A stretch of 32,000 bases of DNA from Candidatus Thorarchaeota archaeon (GTDB taxonomy: Archaea > Asgardarchaeota > Thorarchaeia > Thorarchaeales > Thorarchaeaceae): positions 510,001-542,000 of the forward strand of contig SHMX01000003.1 of NCBI GenBank assembly GCA_008080745.1, written 5' to 3'. The notes under the pieces were generated by a model. It worked only from the letters and a program-made list of their open reading frames with translations. It searched no databases and was not told the origin of the DNA. Made by a program: the position numbers and the translations under genes. Position 1 is the stretch's first letter, and the number at the start of each line of letters is the position of its first letter. Of this stretch, positions 16,007 through 25,846 are shown in pieces.

Positions 16007-17728
16007 CTAGATGGAAATAACGTGTTCGTAAGGCCGTCGATATCGTTCGGGAACAGGATAATTGTTGAAGGAGTGAGTATACCACCGCTTGAAAAGGCCC
16101 TGCAATTCTTGAGTCACTCGAGCCGCCAGACTCTTTTCAACACTGGGTGACACAGACCAAACTCGTCCATTTTGGGTCTTCTCAATTGTTCCTTCTTTCG
16201 CTACTACCAGACCATTCTTGATGGTCAGATAGCTGTTTTCAAACAACGAGATGATTTTCTGAGGGTTATCAGCGAGATTGATCTTCGTAGGATCACTATC
16301 TAGTACACAGATATCAGCATCTGCTCCCACACCAAGATTGCCCTTGTCTTTCTCTAGACCAAGAATTTTACTTGGAGCTGCACGAGTGGAGATAGCTACT
16401 TCGTAGATAGACCATTCTCTATCGATTTCGGATAAGTGGGACCGTTCATGGACTATAGGATGCACCTTCTCCAACCATTCTGTCCGCTGTTTCTTGCTCA
16501 TGAGCCACGATAGAACTAGAGGGTATTTTGTGAAAGGTCCTCCATTGGGATGGTCAGTAGTCATTACCACTCGCCAGAGATCATCTACGTTGAGTGCAAA
16601 CTCTAACGGTGTTGCCCATTGGATGGTATTAGCAGGAGATTTTGGATCATAAGTATAGGGAACAATACCAGCTCCACCCGGTAATTCAGCATCAACTGAG
16701 AGATTGGCCCATTTTGCACCAGTCATTTTGTGCAAAGCAAATTGAAAGGGTCCGTCACCAGTCATTGTAGTAGCAGGGCCAAACGTAATTTGTCCAAGAT
16801 CTACGGTAAAGTGAGTGTTCTTTTTGAAATAGTCTGCAAATCGCAGACCACCAGAGGCTACATCTTTCCACTCAGGAACACCTCCTTCGACCATACCAAG
16901 ACAGTCAAAGGACATGTGGGCAAGATGTGCTACCGCTTTACGCTTACCAAATCCACGGATATCACGTAGGGCATCAAGGGTCTCTATGGTAGTTTCTACA
17001 TTTCCGACCCTGCCCAAATTATTTGGATGCAGATGGATAGTATGGGGCAATCCTAGACTCTCAACAGCTTGACAGAGTCCTCGAATAATCTCTCTGGGTG
17101 TTATGTCCCAGTCGGGAACAGGGGTATTAATTCGTCGGATATTACGACCGTGAGCCCATGCATAGGTTCCACCAGGATTTACAATCTTAACACCCCAACC
17201 ACCAGTGCTTTTGAGAAGCCAGGCAATATAACCCTTCAGACCCTCTAGGTCTTGTTCCTTGATGTAGTGAAATGTGATTACGCTATTGCAGAACATAGGA
17301 AGCATAGCTAGGTCAAGATTGGGAATATCCACAAGTTCCTCCCATGCTCCAAGTGCCTTAAGCGCAGGAAGAGCTGGCTCAACAACAGTGGTGTAACCCA
17401 TTGCAGAGTAGAGATAACCTGTGACGTACGAACTCGGCATAGTGGTCCCAACACCACTTCTAGTTCCGCGTGTGCGGGGAATTGAGAGACCTCTGTGGTC
17501 TTCGGGGCACATCATCCGACCCATCCCCAGCTTGCTTCCGATGATATGAGCATGCATATCTACACCACCGGGAAGAACAGCTCTTTTCTTCACATCGATG
17601 ACTTGAGCAGACTCTGATACCTTCTCAACAATCTTTCCTTCAGATATACAGATATCCATTAATTCACCATCGATTTCGTGAATGGGATCGTAGACCCGTG
17701 CATTCTTCAAGAGGTGGTCTTCGGTCAT
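16007..17728 (-). CDS. fwdA: Formylmethanofuran dehydrogenase subunit A
   Basis: PGGVDMHAH, PEDH, GYTTVVEP, GVKIVNPGG, HTIHLHPNNLG, TTDHPNGGPF, KGNLGVGADADI. 4-nt overlap with fwdB. Confidence 0.92.
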   Translation of the reverse strand: MTEDHLLKNARVYDPIHEIDGELMDICISEGKIVEKVSESAQVIDVKKRAVLPGGVDMHAHIIGSKLGMGRMMCPEDHRGLSIPRTRGTRSGVGTTMPSSYVTGYLYSAMGYTTVVEPALPALKALGAWEELVDIPNLDLAMLPMFCNSVITFHYIKEQDLEGLKGYIAWLLKSTGGWGVKIVNPGGTYAWAHGRNIRRINTPVPDWDITPREIIRGLCQAVESLGLPHTIHLHPNNLGRVGNVETTIETLDALRDIRGFGKRKAVAHLAHMSFDCLGMVEGGVPEWKDVASGGLRFADYFKKNTHFTVDLGQITFGPATTMTGDGPFQFALHKMTGAKWANLSVDAELPGGAGIVPYTYDPKSPANTIQWATPLEFALNVDDLWRVVMTTDHPNGGPFTKYPLVLSWLMSKKQRTEWLEKVHPIVHERSHLSEIDREWSIYEVAISTRAAPSKILGLEKDKGNLGVGADADICVLDSDPTKINLADNPQKIISLFENSYLTIKNGLVVAKEGTIEKTQNGRVWSVSPSVEKSLAARVTQELQGLFKRWYTHSFNNYPVPERYRRPYEHVISI

Positions 17729-19023
17729 TGCATGACCTCCTCAAGCTGTTCATAGATCATTTGCAACACTTCACGGTCAGGGATAATACCCTCTGGTGGA
17801 TTCATAACCTTCTTCAGATAGAGGGGAAGACCATCCATCCTTACTGCCGCTCCATCACATTCAATACCAGCTATCGCAGTGGGAATATTTACCTCCGCAA
17901 AAAGAGAGGTCAGGTTTCTCTTAGGGTCAATGTTAATGACAGGAATTTTGCGAATGTGAGATACCGCAACTTTTGGGAAATGAGCCACGGGATCTGCACC
18001 AATGTTCAGAAGAACATCGACCTCGCCACGTCGAAGTAGATCCACAGCAGTATACTCTCCTGGTTGGTAACGTGGGAACCCGCGTGAGAAATCTACTGCA
18101 AATGGATACCCTGTGGTCCAAGTCAATGTCTTGTTTGCCCCTGCCACATTGTAATGACCACGCATGGACATCATGTTCCATTTGGTGTAGCTGTTCAAAT
18201 CCTGTACGAGCCGAATAGCAGCATCAACATTGTGATGACGCCCGTGTGATTGAGTGAGACCTAGGCCAAAGAAGAGAATACCATATTTTGCTGATTTCAT
18301 CCTTTCAGCGAGTTCTCTAATCGTATCAATTGGAACACCTCCAACCTCACTCACATCAATCTCATGACCACGAACTAATGCCCGAAGAGCGGAAAGTACC
18401 TCAAGGTCTCGGCCAGGTTCTACTTTGACAAATCTATCAGCTAAAGTAGCTGTAATGCTTTTTCGAATATCAAAGACCCATACCTCTCTATCGGTCCGGG
18501 GGTCGTGTATGAATTCACCAGGGGGCTTGACAAATCGACTAATATGCCGCGGATGGGCAAATTGAGGATTAGACCCCCAGTATATCACGAGGTCTGCTCT
18601 GTTTTTGACCTCGGCTAAGGAACCCGCTGCCTCCCCAGACTCCTGAGTGCCAAGAATGGTGGGTCCGTGACAGACAGAAGAAGTGTTGTCAACAATTGCT
18701 CCCACTAGGTCTGCAATTTTGTAAGCCTCGCGATGAGCATCGTTCTCAACGGATGATAATCCATAGATGAGGGGGCGTCTTGCATTTTTTAGAAGATCAA
18801 CACAGTGAGAAATAGCAGTTTTCAATTCCACTGTTTGATGCGAGTCACCGTCTCTAATCTCAGGATGTTCCAGTCGATCATCAAGATGATGAAGGAATTT
18901 TGATTTGCTAATTGCACATCCATGCTCATTCTTGATAATTCGTCCATTGTCAACATGAATAATCAAATCATCGCAAAGACAACCGCAGAAGGGACAAACA
19001 ACATCTGGAATTGATATTCCCAT
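17725..19023 (-). CDS. fwdB: Formylmethanofuran dehydrogenase subunit B
   Basis: VVCPFCGCLCDD, SVCHGP (Cys ligand, not Sec), KNRADLVIYWGSNP, MRGHYNV. Confidence 0.93.
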   Translation of the reverse strand: MGISIPDVVCPFCGCLCDDLIIHVDNGRIIKNEHGCAISKSKFLHHLDDRLEHPEIRDGDSHQTVELKTAISHCVDLLKNARRPLIYGLSSVENDAHREAYKIADLVGAIVDNTSSVCHGPTILGTQESGEAAGSLAEVKNRADLVIYWGSNPQFAHPRHISRFVKPPGEFIHDPRTDREVWVFDIRKSITATLADRFVKVEPGRDLEVLSALRALVRGHEIDVSEVGGVPIDTIRELAERMKSAKYGILFFGLGLTQSHGRHHNVDAAIRLVQDLNSYTKWNMMSMRGHYNVAGANKTLTWTTGYPFAVDFSRGFPRYQPGEYTAVDLLRRGEVDVLLNIGADPVAHFPKVAVSHIRKIPVINIDPKRNLTSLFAEVNIPTAIAGIECDGAAVRMDGLPLYLKKVMNPPEGIIPDREVLQMIYEQLEEVMQ

Positions 19024-19029
19024 TTATGG

Positions 19030-19413
19030 TCACTCCATCAGTTCCTCAATGGATAGAATGGTCTCATCTTTGGCTGCAAAGATTATTGCCTCCATCTCCT
19101 TGAAACGTGGCATACCCGTCATCTCTGTATCCGCATTCATTATCATGTTCGCATAGGGTCCACATGGAATAAATGCAACCCCAGGCTCTGCACGTCTATC
19201 TAGCTTGCTTCGAACAATAACAGACCCTTCTATGGTCTCAACACGAACAGGATCGCCCTCTTCTATATCTAAAACAGAAAACGTTGTCTTGTCAAGTTCA
19301 CATACTGCAACGGCCTCAAAATATTCAGGGGATAATTTTCCGACCTCCATGCTCACTCCCTGTCTTAGAGTTCGACCAGTGGTTAGTTTGACCTTGACTC
19401 CGGTTTTCGACAT
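19030..19413 (-). CDS. fwdD: Formylmethanofuran dehydrogenase subunit D
   Basis: From ATG 19413: LTTGRTLRQG, FIPCGPYAN, TGMPRFK (molybdopterin dinucleotide-binding domain). The longer track ORF extends into the divergent promoter. Confidence 0.9.
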   Translation of the reverse strand: MSKTGVKVKLTTGRTLRQGVSMEVGKLSPEYFEAVAVCELDKTTFSVLDIEEGDPVRVETIEGSVIVRSKLDRRAEPGVAFIPCGPYANMIMNADTEMTGMPRFKEMEAIIFAAKDETILSIEELME

Positions 19414-19539
19414 ACTATCACAGACAGAGTCTATACAGAATACCATAGAAAATAGCAGTTGCGGTGAGTCGAAAGAACAATCCAAAAAAAATTGTAAAAT
19501 TTCGACTGATAGTTTATATTCTTTCAAATCAGCGTCGTG

Positions 19540-22419
19540 ATGGCGACAACCTTGAAGTTTTACCATGGAATACTTGCGATATGTTTTGTGCTGCTTCTGA
19601 TTCCTACCAACAGTCAAGCTGTTGTAATTAGTGGAGATCCGAATGCAAATGGACCATATGTTGATACAATTGAGTTTCATGTAATGTCATCTTCTGACAC
19701 TCGAAATGCACTTCTCAATGACAGTATAGACATCATCGGAGATATGATCGGACGAGATTATTTAGACACGCTTGAAGACTCAAATGTAGATATTGAAGAT
19801 ACATTCTATAACGGATATGGTACTGTCTACATCAGAACAAATAGATATCCATTGAATGTCACAGCACTACGAAGAGCTTTTGCGTACTCGTTCAATAAAA
19901 CGTATATCTCCGAAGAGTACTACAATGGAACAGTAACTCCGATTGATTCGGTACAACCTCTATCAAATCCGTTCAATATTGATAGTGAATACACCGATAC
20001 CTATTATGACCTGGATAATGACACAGGAGCCATATTATTGGCACAAGCTGGTTTTTCTGATATTGATGATGACGGAGATTTGGATGCTCCTAATGGAACA
20101 GCATTTCAGGTGGTAGTTGATTGCTTAGATTCAGGTGCAAACCAAGAAATTGGTATCGAATCTGTTGCAGCTCTAACAAGACTAAAAATCAATGCCACGG
20201 TAAATATTGTTGATATAGGAACATGGTTGGATAAAATTGCGAATACTGGCGATTATGACATGATTGTATTGGCCAAAACAGGATTTACCTCAGACCCAAC
20301 ATGGATGGCAGACCGGTATAGTTCCAATATGGCAAATTCAGTTAGTATGAATCCAACAGGCTTCGCCAATTCGACGTTTGACAGTTGGATTCAACAATTA
20401 AAATATGGAACAACATGGACCGAAGTGAAGGAAGCTGCTACGGCTATGCAGGAGATATTACACTATGAATGTCCGGAGGTTCCAATTTATAATGGGTACG
20501 CATACTATGCACAAAGGAATGATACGTATCAGAATTTTGTAAATGAACTTCTATATGGAACTCCATCCTACTGGACTAGTATGAAAGCCAGACTCCAAAC
20601 CGATGAAGGTGGAGCTCTTGGTGGTACTCTCCGTGTTGGTACCAAAGACAACCACAGTACATTCAACTTTATGGAGGAAGTATCTACAACACAGAGAATC
20701 GAATTAATTGATGACCTGCTATGGGACACACTTCTTAAAGAAACACCTGAAAAAGAAATGATACCTTGGATAGCTGAAGACTGGGACATAAGAACCAACG
20801 AAAGTGACCCATCCATTGATGATGGACATGTGGTGTACACATTTTACTTGGTAAAGAATGCATCATTTACAGATGGGCATCCACTAACTGCAGACGATGT
20901 TGCATTTTCTCTATGGTTTTATGCTAATGAGTCTTCAAACCCCTATGAGCAAAATTTGGTAAATATGCTCCGAGCGGATGCAATCTCATCATATATTCTC
21001 CAAGTCGAATTTTCAACATCCACATTCTGGAATCTATATCATACAGGTCTGAGCCCAATTATGCCAGAACATATCATGAGTGCCTATGCACCCAATGAAT
21101 ATCTCTTATGGAATCCAGATCCCAACACAGAGGAAATGGTTACCTCTGGCCCCTTCAATGTTAGTCAATATCACATAGGTTCTAACTATACACTCGAAAG
21201 AGTTCCAACCCATTGGAAGCATCTACCACAGCGTGATGACTCACAAGCACCAATTGTAGATGATACCGCTGATTTTACCATAGGTTGGGGTACACCTAGT
21301 GTGAGTATATTTTGGGATGCAAATGATGCATATCCATACTCTTATCGAATCCTGAAGAACGGCACTGTTCAAGAGTCGGGATTATGGGATGGGTCCTTTA
21401 TTCAGTATAATATCGCTGAGACCCTCGAACTAGGAGTGCATAACTACACAATTGAATTCAAAGACTGGGGTGGAAGAACATCAACAGATATGGTGCTAAT
21501 TACTGTTGTAGATCATCAAGACCCAATCATTGACACATTTGGCAATTCAGCTTATCAGTATATGACCACGGGTCATTGGCTCAATTTCACCTGTTATGAT
21601 GACCATCCAGATTCCTATGAGTTCTATGCGAACGATGCGCTCATAGATTCATGGGATTGGACCGGAGAGGACCTTGGATTCAATATCGATGGATATGCAA
21701 TTGGTGTGTGGAACTTCACATTACTTCTGAACGATACCAGTGGTAACATGGCAAGTGAATCTGCTTTTATCACAGTATATGAATCTGCTAATCCATTAAA
21801 CGAGGCGCCAGACTCATACGTATACCAATACGGAACAGAGGGACACTGGTTGAATTGGACCTTGTTTGATGTAGCCCCTGACTCCTATGAGTTCTATGTC
21901 AATGATGAATTAGAGAGCTCTGGAGACTGGACAGGAGAGAACCTGAATTTCCCTGTGGATGGTTATGGTTTGGGTATCTGGGAGTTCACTCTGTTTGTGA
22001 ACGATACTAGTGGAAACTCTGCACAAAGTACTGCTTTCGTGATTGTCGAGGATGCAGAAGATCCTGTTCTCAACGACCCAGAGGACATCCAGTATGTTGA
22101 GGGATCAACAGACAACTGGATTCATTGGCAAGTGAATGATGTTCTACCTGATAGCTATGTTCTATATCGAAATGGCACTCCTGTGGCTTCAGGAAGTTGG
22201 AGTAATGGATTCCTGAATATCTCTATTGATAATCTGGACCCAGGTGTGTACAGATATAGACTTGTTGTAAGCGATACTAGCGGAAACACAGCTGAGAGTA
22301 CAGTATTAGTCACTGTAGCTCCAGCTATTGTCCCACCACCATTATCAATAATACTAATCGGTTCTGGAATCGGTATAGTCTGTATTGTGATTGTGATAAT
22401 CGCTCTCAGACGGAAATAA
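19540..22419 (+). CDS. Family-5 (peptide/nickel) extracellular solute-binding protein, circularly permuted, with four Ig-like repeats and a C-terminal TM anchor
   Basis: Signal peptide. GPYVDTIEF...LRRAFAYSFNK...QEILHYECPEVPIY precedes GGTLRVG...PWIAEDW...FTDGHPLTADDVAFS...SGPFNV. TTTATATT about 25 nt before ATG 19540. Confidence 0.85.
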   Translation: MATTLKFYHGILAICFVLLLIPTNSQAVVISGDPNANGPYVDTIEFHVMSSSDTRNALLNDSIDIIGDMIGRDYLDTLEDSNVDIEDTFYNGYGTVYIRTNRYPLNVTALRRAFAYSFNKTYISEEYYNGTVTPIDSVQPLSNPFNIDSEYTDTYYDLDNDTGAILLAQAGFSDIDDDGDLDAPNGTAFQVVVDCLDSGANQEIGIESVAALTRLKINATVNIVDIGTWLDKIANTGDYDMIVLAKTGFTSDPTWMADRYSSNMANSVSMNPTGFANSTFDSWIQQLKYGTTWTEVKEAATAMQEILHYECPEVPIYNGYAYYAQRNDTYQNFVNELLYGTPSYWTSMKARLQTDEGGALGGTLRVGTKDNHSTFNFMEEVSTTQRIELIDDLLWDTLLKETPEKEMIPWIAEDWDIRTNESDPSIDDGHVVYTFYLVKNASFTDGHPLTADDVAFSLWFYANESSNPYEQNLVNMLRADAISSYILQVEFSTSTFWNLYHTGLSPIMPEHIMSAYAPNEYLLWNPDPNTEEMVTSGPFNVSQYHIGSNYTLERVPTHWKHLPQRDDSQAPIVDDTADFTIGWGTPSVSIFWDANDAYPYSYRILKNGTVQESGLWDGSFIQYNIAETLELGVHNYTIEFKDWGGRTSTDMVLITVVDHQDPIIDTFGNSAYQYMTTGHWLNFTCYDDHPDSYEFYANDALIDSWDWTGEDLGFNIDGYAIGVWNFTLLLNDTSGNMASESAFITVYESANPLNEAPDSYVYQYGTEGHWLNWTLFDVAPDSYEFYVNDELESSGDWTGENLNFPVDGYGLGIWEFTLFVNDTSGNSAQSTAFVIVEDAEDPVLNDPEDIQYVEGSTDNWIHWQVNDVLPDSYVLYRNGTPVASGSWSNGFLNISIDNLDPGVYRYRLVVSDTSGNTAESTVLVTVAPAIVPPPLSIILIGSGIGIVCIVIVIIALRRK
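21244..22320 (+). repeat. Four ~90-aa Ig-like stalk repeats
   Basis: Each unit reads P.I.D....Y..G.....W...D..P.SY....N......G.W.G......ID....G...(Y/F)T(L/I)...D..G......V.V. Confidence 0.85.
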
Positions 22420-22429
22420 TAGAACCTAC

Positions 22430-22460
22430 GATGGCCAACCCGGCCATCTCTTCATTTTTT
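22430..22460 (+). terminator. Hairpin + T tract after the SBP gene
   Basis: GATGGCC (22430-22436) / GGCCATC (22442-22448), then TCTTCATTTTTTT. Confidence 0.55.
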
Positions 22461-22610
22461 TTATTACTTTTGTTAAAGAAAATTCCACTCGCGGATTATC
22501 GTATCTACTATTAACCTCTCAAGATCAATCCATAGGTTACTTCGAAGAGTTTATCAGACTCGCCTCTCGGATTCGCACAAAGCTCGAAGCCAATTCAGGC
22601 GGATATTATT

Positions 22611-23576
22611 ATGGTAAGCAAAAAGACCCTTGTTGAGCTATACACAAGGACGCTCAAGGTTAGATTATTCGAGGAGAAAGTCTGGGACCTTTTCGGTCAG
22701 AACCTAGTACCAGGAACTCTACACTTGTATCTTGGACAGGAGGCCGTTGCTGCTGGAATCACTGCAGCTATGAAGGACTCTGATTGGGTACAGAGTACAC
22801 ACAGAGGTCACGGACATGTAATTGCAAAAGGAGCTGACCCAAAGAAGGCTCTAGCTGAATTACTTGGAAAGAAGACAGGTTCCTGTAAGGGAAAAGGAGG
22901 TTCCATGCACATCACCGAGTTTGATGCTGGTGTGCTAGGAGCTACTGGTGTTGTTGCATCTGGTCTACCAATTGCGGTAGGTGCAGCCCTCTCTTCACAG
23001 ATGAAGGGAACGAATGATGTTGTAGCCTGCTTCTTTGGTGATGGTGCATCAAATAATGGCACATTTGGCGAATCATTGAACATGGCTGCTATCTGGAAAC
23101 TACCTGTTATCTGGGTGGTTGAAAACAACTTCTACGCGATGGGCACCCCCATAAAACTCACTTGCCCAAGTGAAAATATCGCAGCTCGCGCTGATGGATA
23201 CTGCACACCCAATGTTGTTGTAGACGGGAATAATGCCCTTGAAGTCTACGAGGCAGCAGTCGAAGCAGTCAAGAGAGCACGAGATGGAGATGGTCCAACA
23301 CTCATTGAATGCAAGACCTACAGAAAACGAGGACACTCCCGTTTTGATCCTGCCAAATACAGACCCAAGGAAGAGGCAGAACACTGGCTCAGTCGAGACC
23401 CTGTGGACATCATCAAAGAGATTGCAATCAAAGAGGGAGCCATTACTGAGAAAGAGGCTGAGAAGATCAGAAAGAAGCTAGAGAAAGAGATGGAAGAGGC
23501 TGGAAAGTTCGCAGTTGAATCCGATTACCCAGAGCCAGAAAAGGCACTGGAAGATGTATATGCGGAGGAGTTCTAG
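22611..23576 (+). CDS. pdhA: 2-oxoacid dehydrogenase E1 alpha (pyruvate/acetoin dehydrogenase type)
   Basis: GTLHLYLGQEA, STHRGHGH, GKGGSMH, ThDP motif GDGASNNG...ENN, RGHS. The acoA assignment is equally possible. Confidence 0.88.
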   Translation: MVSKKTLVELYTRTLKVRLFEEKVWDLFGQNLVPGTLHLYLGQEAVAAGITAAMKDSDWVQSTHRGHGHVIAKGADPKKALAELLGKKTGSCKGKGGSMHITEFDAGVLGATGVVASGLPIAVGAALSSQMKGTNDVVACFFGDGASNNGTFGESLNMAAIWKLPVIWVVENNFYAMGTPIKLTCPSENIAARADGYCTPNVVVDGNNALEVYEAAVEAVKRARDGDGPTLIECKTYRKRGHSRFDPAKYRPKEEAEHWLSRDPVDIIKEIAIKEGAITEKEAEKIRKKLEKEMEEAGKFAVESDYPEPEKALEDVYAEEF

Positions 23577-24551
23577 ATGGCAGAGATTACATACAGAGAA
23601 GCCCTCAAAGCTGGACTTCGTGAAGAGATGGCACGCGATAAGACGGTATTTCTTATGGGCGAAGATATCGGCCTTAATTGGGGTGGAGCATTCAAGGTCA
23701 CGAAAGGCCTCGCTGAGGAATTTGGTGAAGATAGAGTGCGAGACACTCCAATATCAGAGAACACCATTGCAGGTGCCGCAGTAGGTGCCGCAATCACTGG
23801 ACTCCGACCTGTCGCCGAGATCATGTTTGGAGACCTCATCACTCTGGCTATGGACCAAGTCTGTAATCAGGCGGCAAAGATGCGCTATATGTTCGGTGGT
23901 CAGACTTCAGTACCACTAGTCATCAGAACAGTCTTTGGTGGCGGAAAGAACATAGCATCCCATCACTCCCAGAGTCTTGAATCATGGTTCATGCATACAC
24001 CCGGTCTCAAGATAGCCGTTCCAGCATTCGCTTATGATGTGAAGGGACTCATCAAGACTGCTATTCGAGACCCCGACCCGGTCATGTTCTTTGAGCACAA
24101 GCTTGTCTATGACAAGAAGGAAGAGGTTCCTGATGAAGACTACACCATTCCATTTGGAGAGGCTTCTGTCAAACGTGAAGGAGCAGATGTTACCATTTGG
24201 GGAACATTCCTCATGGTACACAAGGCGCTAGCAGTTGCAGAAGAACTTGCAAAAGAGGGAATCAGTGTTGAGGTCATCGACCCACGGACACTTGTCCCAT
24301 TGGACAAGAAGACGTTGATTGAATCGGTCAAGAAGACTGGTCGATTGGTGCTTGTGACAGAGGAGACCAAGACAGGAGCTACAACCGCGGAGATTGCCGC
24401 AATCGTTCAGGAAGAGGCCTTTGACTGGTTAGACGCCCCTATCAAGCGAGTCAATGCTCCAGATACCCCAGTTCCCTTTGCGCCGTCCCTTGAGGAATAC
24501 TTTATTCCTGATGAGAAGAGAATTGCACAAGCAGTTCGCGATATTGTATAG
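23577..24551 (+). CDS. pdhB: 2-oxoacid dehydrogenase E1 beta
   Basis: MGEDIG, VRDTPISE, PVAEIMF, HHSQSLE, DPVMFFEHK, EVIDPRTLVPLD. Starts directly after the E1 alpha stop. Confidence 0.9.
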   Translation: MAEITYREALKAGLREEMARDKTVFLMGEDIGLNWGGAFKVTKGLAEEFGEDRVRDTPISENTIAGAAVGAAITGLRPVAEIMFGDLITLAMDQVCNQAAKMRYMFGGQTSVPLVIRTVFGGGKNIASHHSQSLESWFMHTPGLKIAVPAFAYDVKGLIKTAIRDPDPVMFFEHKLVYDKKEEVPDEDYTIPFGEASVKREGADVTIWGTFLMVHKALAVAEELAKEGISVEVIDPRTLVPLDKKTLIESVKKTGRLVLVTEETKTGATTAEIAAIVQEEAFDWLDAPIKRVNAPDTPVPFAPSLEEYFIPDEKRIAQAVRDIV

Positions 24552-24562
24552 GAGGCCACAGA

Positions 24563-25786
24563 ATGGTCACAACTATGATTATGCAACGAATGTCCGTTGC
24601 AATGGAATACGGTGTAATCCTCAAATGGATAAAGAAAGAGGGTGATAAGGTAAAGAAGGGAGATCCCGTTGTGGAGATATTTGGTGAGAAGAACGAGTTC
24701 GAACTAGAGGCTCCTGAGGATGGTATCCTTCTCAAGATTTTGTGTGATGTCAACGACGAGATTCCAATCTCTGAACCCATCGCTATTATTGGAGAGAAGG
24801 GTGAAGACATCCCTGATGTCCGACCAAAGAAACTCAACAAGCCCGCAGAGGCCCTTGAGGCGGTAGCACCACCAACACCCCAGACAACTTCTGAGCCCGC
24901 AAAAGCCCCTACAGGTTCGTCACGCATGAAGGGAGGAAGAATCAAAGCTTCTCCGCGTGCAAAGAAACGAGCTGAGGAACTAGGTATCGACATAGGTCAG
25001 ATATCTGGAACCGGTCCTGGTGGAAGAATCGTTGAGAAAGATGTGCTTGATTTCAAGGCCTCAGCCCCACGAGTGGCTGATACAACCGATGAGAGAAAGG
25101 TACGAAAGACCGAGACCATCTCACACCTGCGTCGTACCATCGCCAGAAGAATGAGTGGTAGCTGGGAGCACCCACATATCACCATGATTACAGAGATCGA
25201 TATGACAGAGGTGATCGAGCTCCGAAAGGAGATCAACGCTCGAACTGAGCAGACATTGGGCATCAGAGTTTCGTTCAATGACATCATTGTGAAGGCTGTC
25301 GCGGACACGCTGGAGAGATTCCCCAAGTTCAATGCCGCACTCATTGAGAACGATCTCATCATGTACGATGACATCCACATTGGCATTGCAGTGGCAGCAG
25401 ATGATGGACTCCTTGTTCCTGTGGTCAAGAGTGCTAACAAAAAATCAATCACTGAGATTGCTCAAGAAACCAAAGCTCTTGGGAAAAAGGCACGAACTGG
25501 TGAATTGACCGCTGATGACCTAACTGGGGGTACTTTCACTATATCCAACCTGGGTCCTTTCCAAGTTGATCTGTTCATTCCAGTCATCAATCCACCCGAG
25601 ACTGCGATTCTTGCACTCGGGCAGATAAAGAAGCAACCCGTTGTTGTGGATGACATGATTGCCATCAGGTCGATGATGATGGCTAGCTGTGCTGTAGACC
25701 ACCGAGTACTCGATGGAGCTCCAGCAGGACAGTTTCTGTCTGCTCTCAAGGACTATCTTGAGAACCCCTATTTCATGAAAATCTAA
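24563..25786 (+). CDS. pdhC: Dihydrolipoamide acyltransferase E2
   Basis: Lipoyl domain (K43), Pro/Ala linker, E3-binding ASPRAKKRA...GTGPGGRI, catalytic GGTFTISNLG and DHRVLDG. Confidence 0.92.
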   Translation: MVTTMIMQRMSVAMEYGVILKWIKKEGDKVKKGDPVVEIFGEKNEFELEAPEDGILLKILCDVNDEIPISEPIAIIGEKGEDIPDVRPKKLNKPAEALEAVAPPTPQTTSEPAKAPTGSSRMKGGRIKASPRAKKRAEELGIDIGQISGTGPGGRIVEKDVLDFKASAPRVADTTDERKVRKTETISHLRRTIARRMSGSWEHPHITMITEIDMTEVIELRKEINARTEQTLGIRVSFNDIIVKAVADTLERFPKFNAALIENDLIMYDDIHIGIAVAADDGLLVPVVKSANKKSITEIAQETKALGKKARTGELTADDLTGGTFTISNLGPFQVDLFIPVINPPETAILALGQIKKQPVVVDDMIAIRSMMMASCAVDHRVLDGAPAGQFLSALKDYLENPYFMKI

Positions 25787-25789
25787 AAT

Positions 25790-25809
25790 TGGGACCCTTC
25801 GGGGTCTCA
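25790..25809 (+). terminator. UUCG-tetraloop hairpin directly after E2
   Basis: TGGGACCC-TTCG-GGGTCTCA: C(UUCG)G loop with one G-U pair. Confidence 0.55.
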
Positions 25810-25846
25810 TATAGCTTTATTCTACCTATGTACTATCACTTCTCAA

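Noticed and set aside
19414-19680. N-terminal extension of fwdD in the ORF track
   Set aside because: It overlaps the divergent SBP gene and promoter; FwdD homology starts at ATG 19413.
22611-24551. Branched-chain 2-oxoacid dehydrogenase feeding the ICM-like mutase
   Set aside because: E1 alpha motifs (GKGGSMH, GDGASNNG) look Pdh/Aco-type rather than Bkd-type, and the loci are 13 kb apart.
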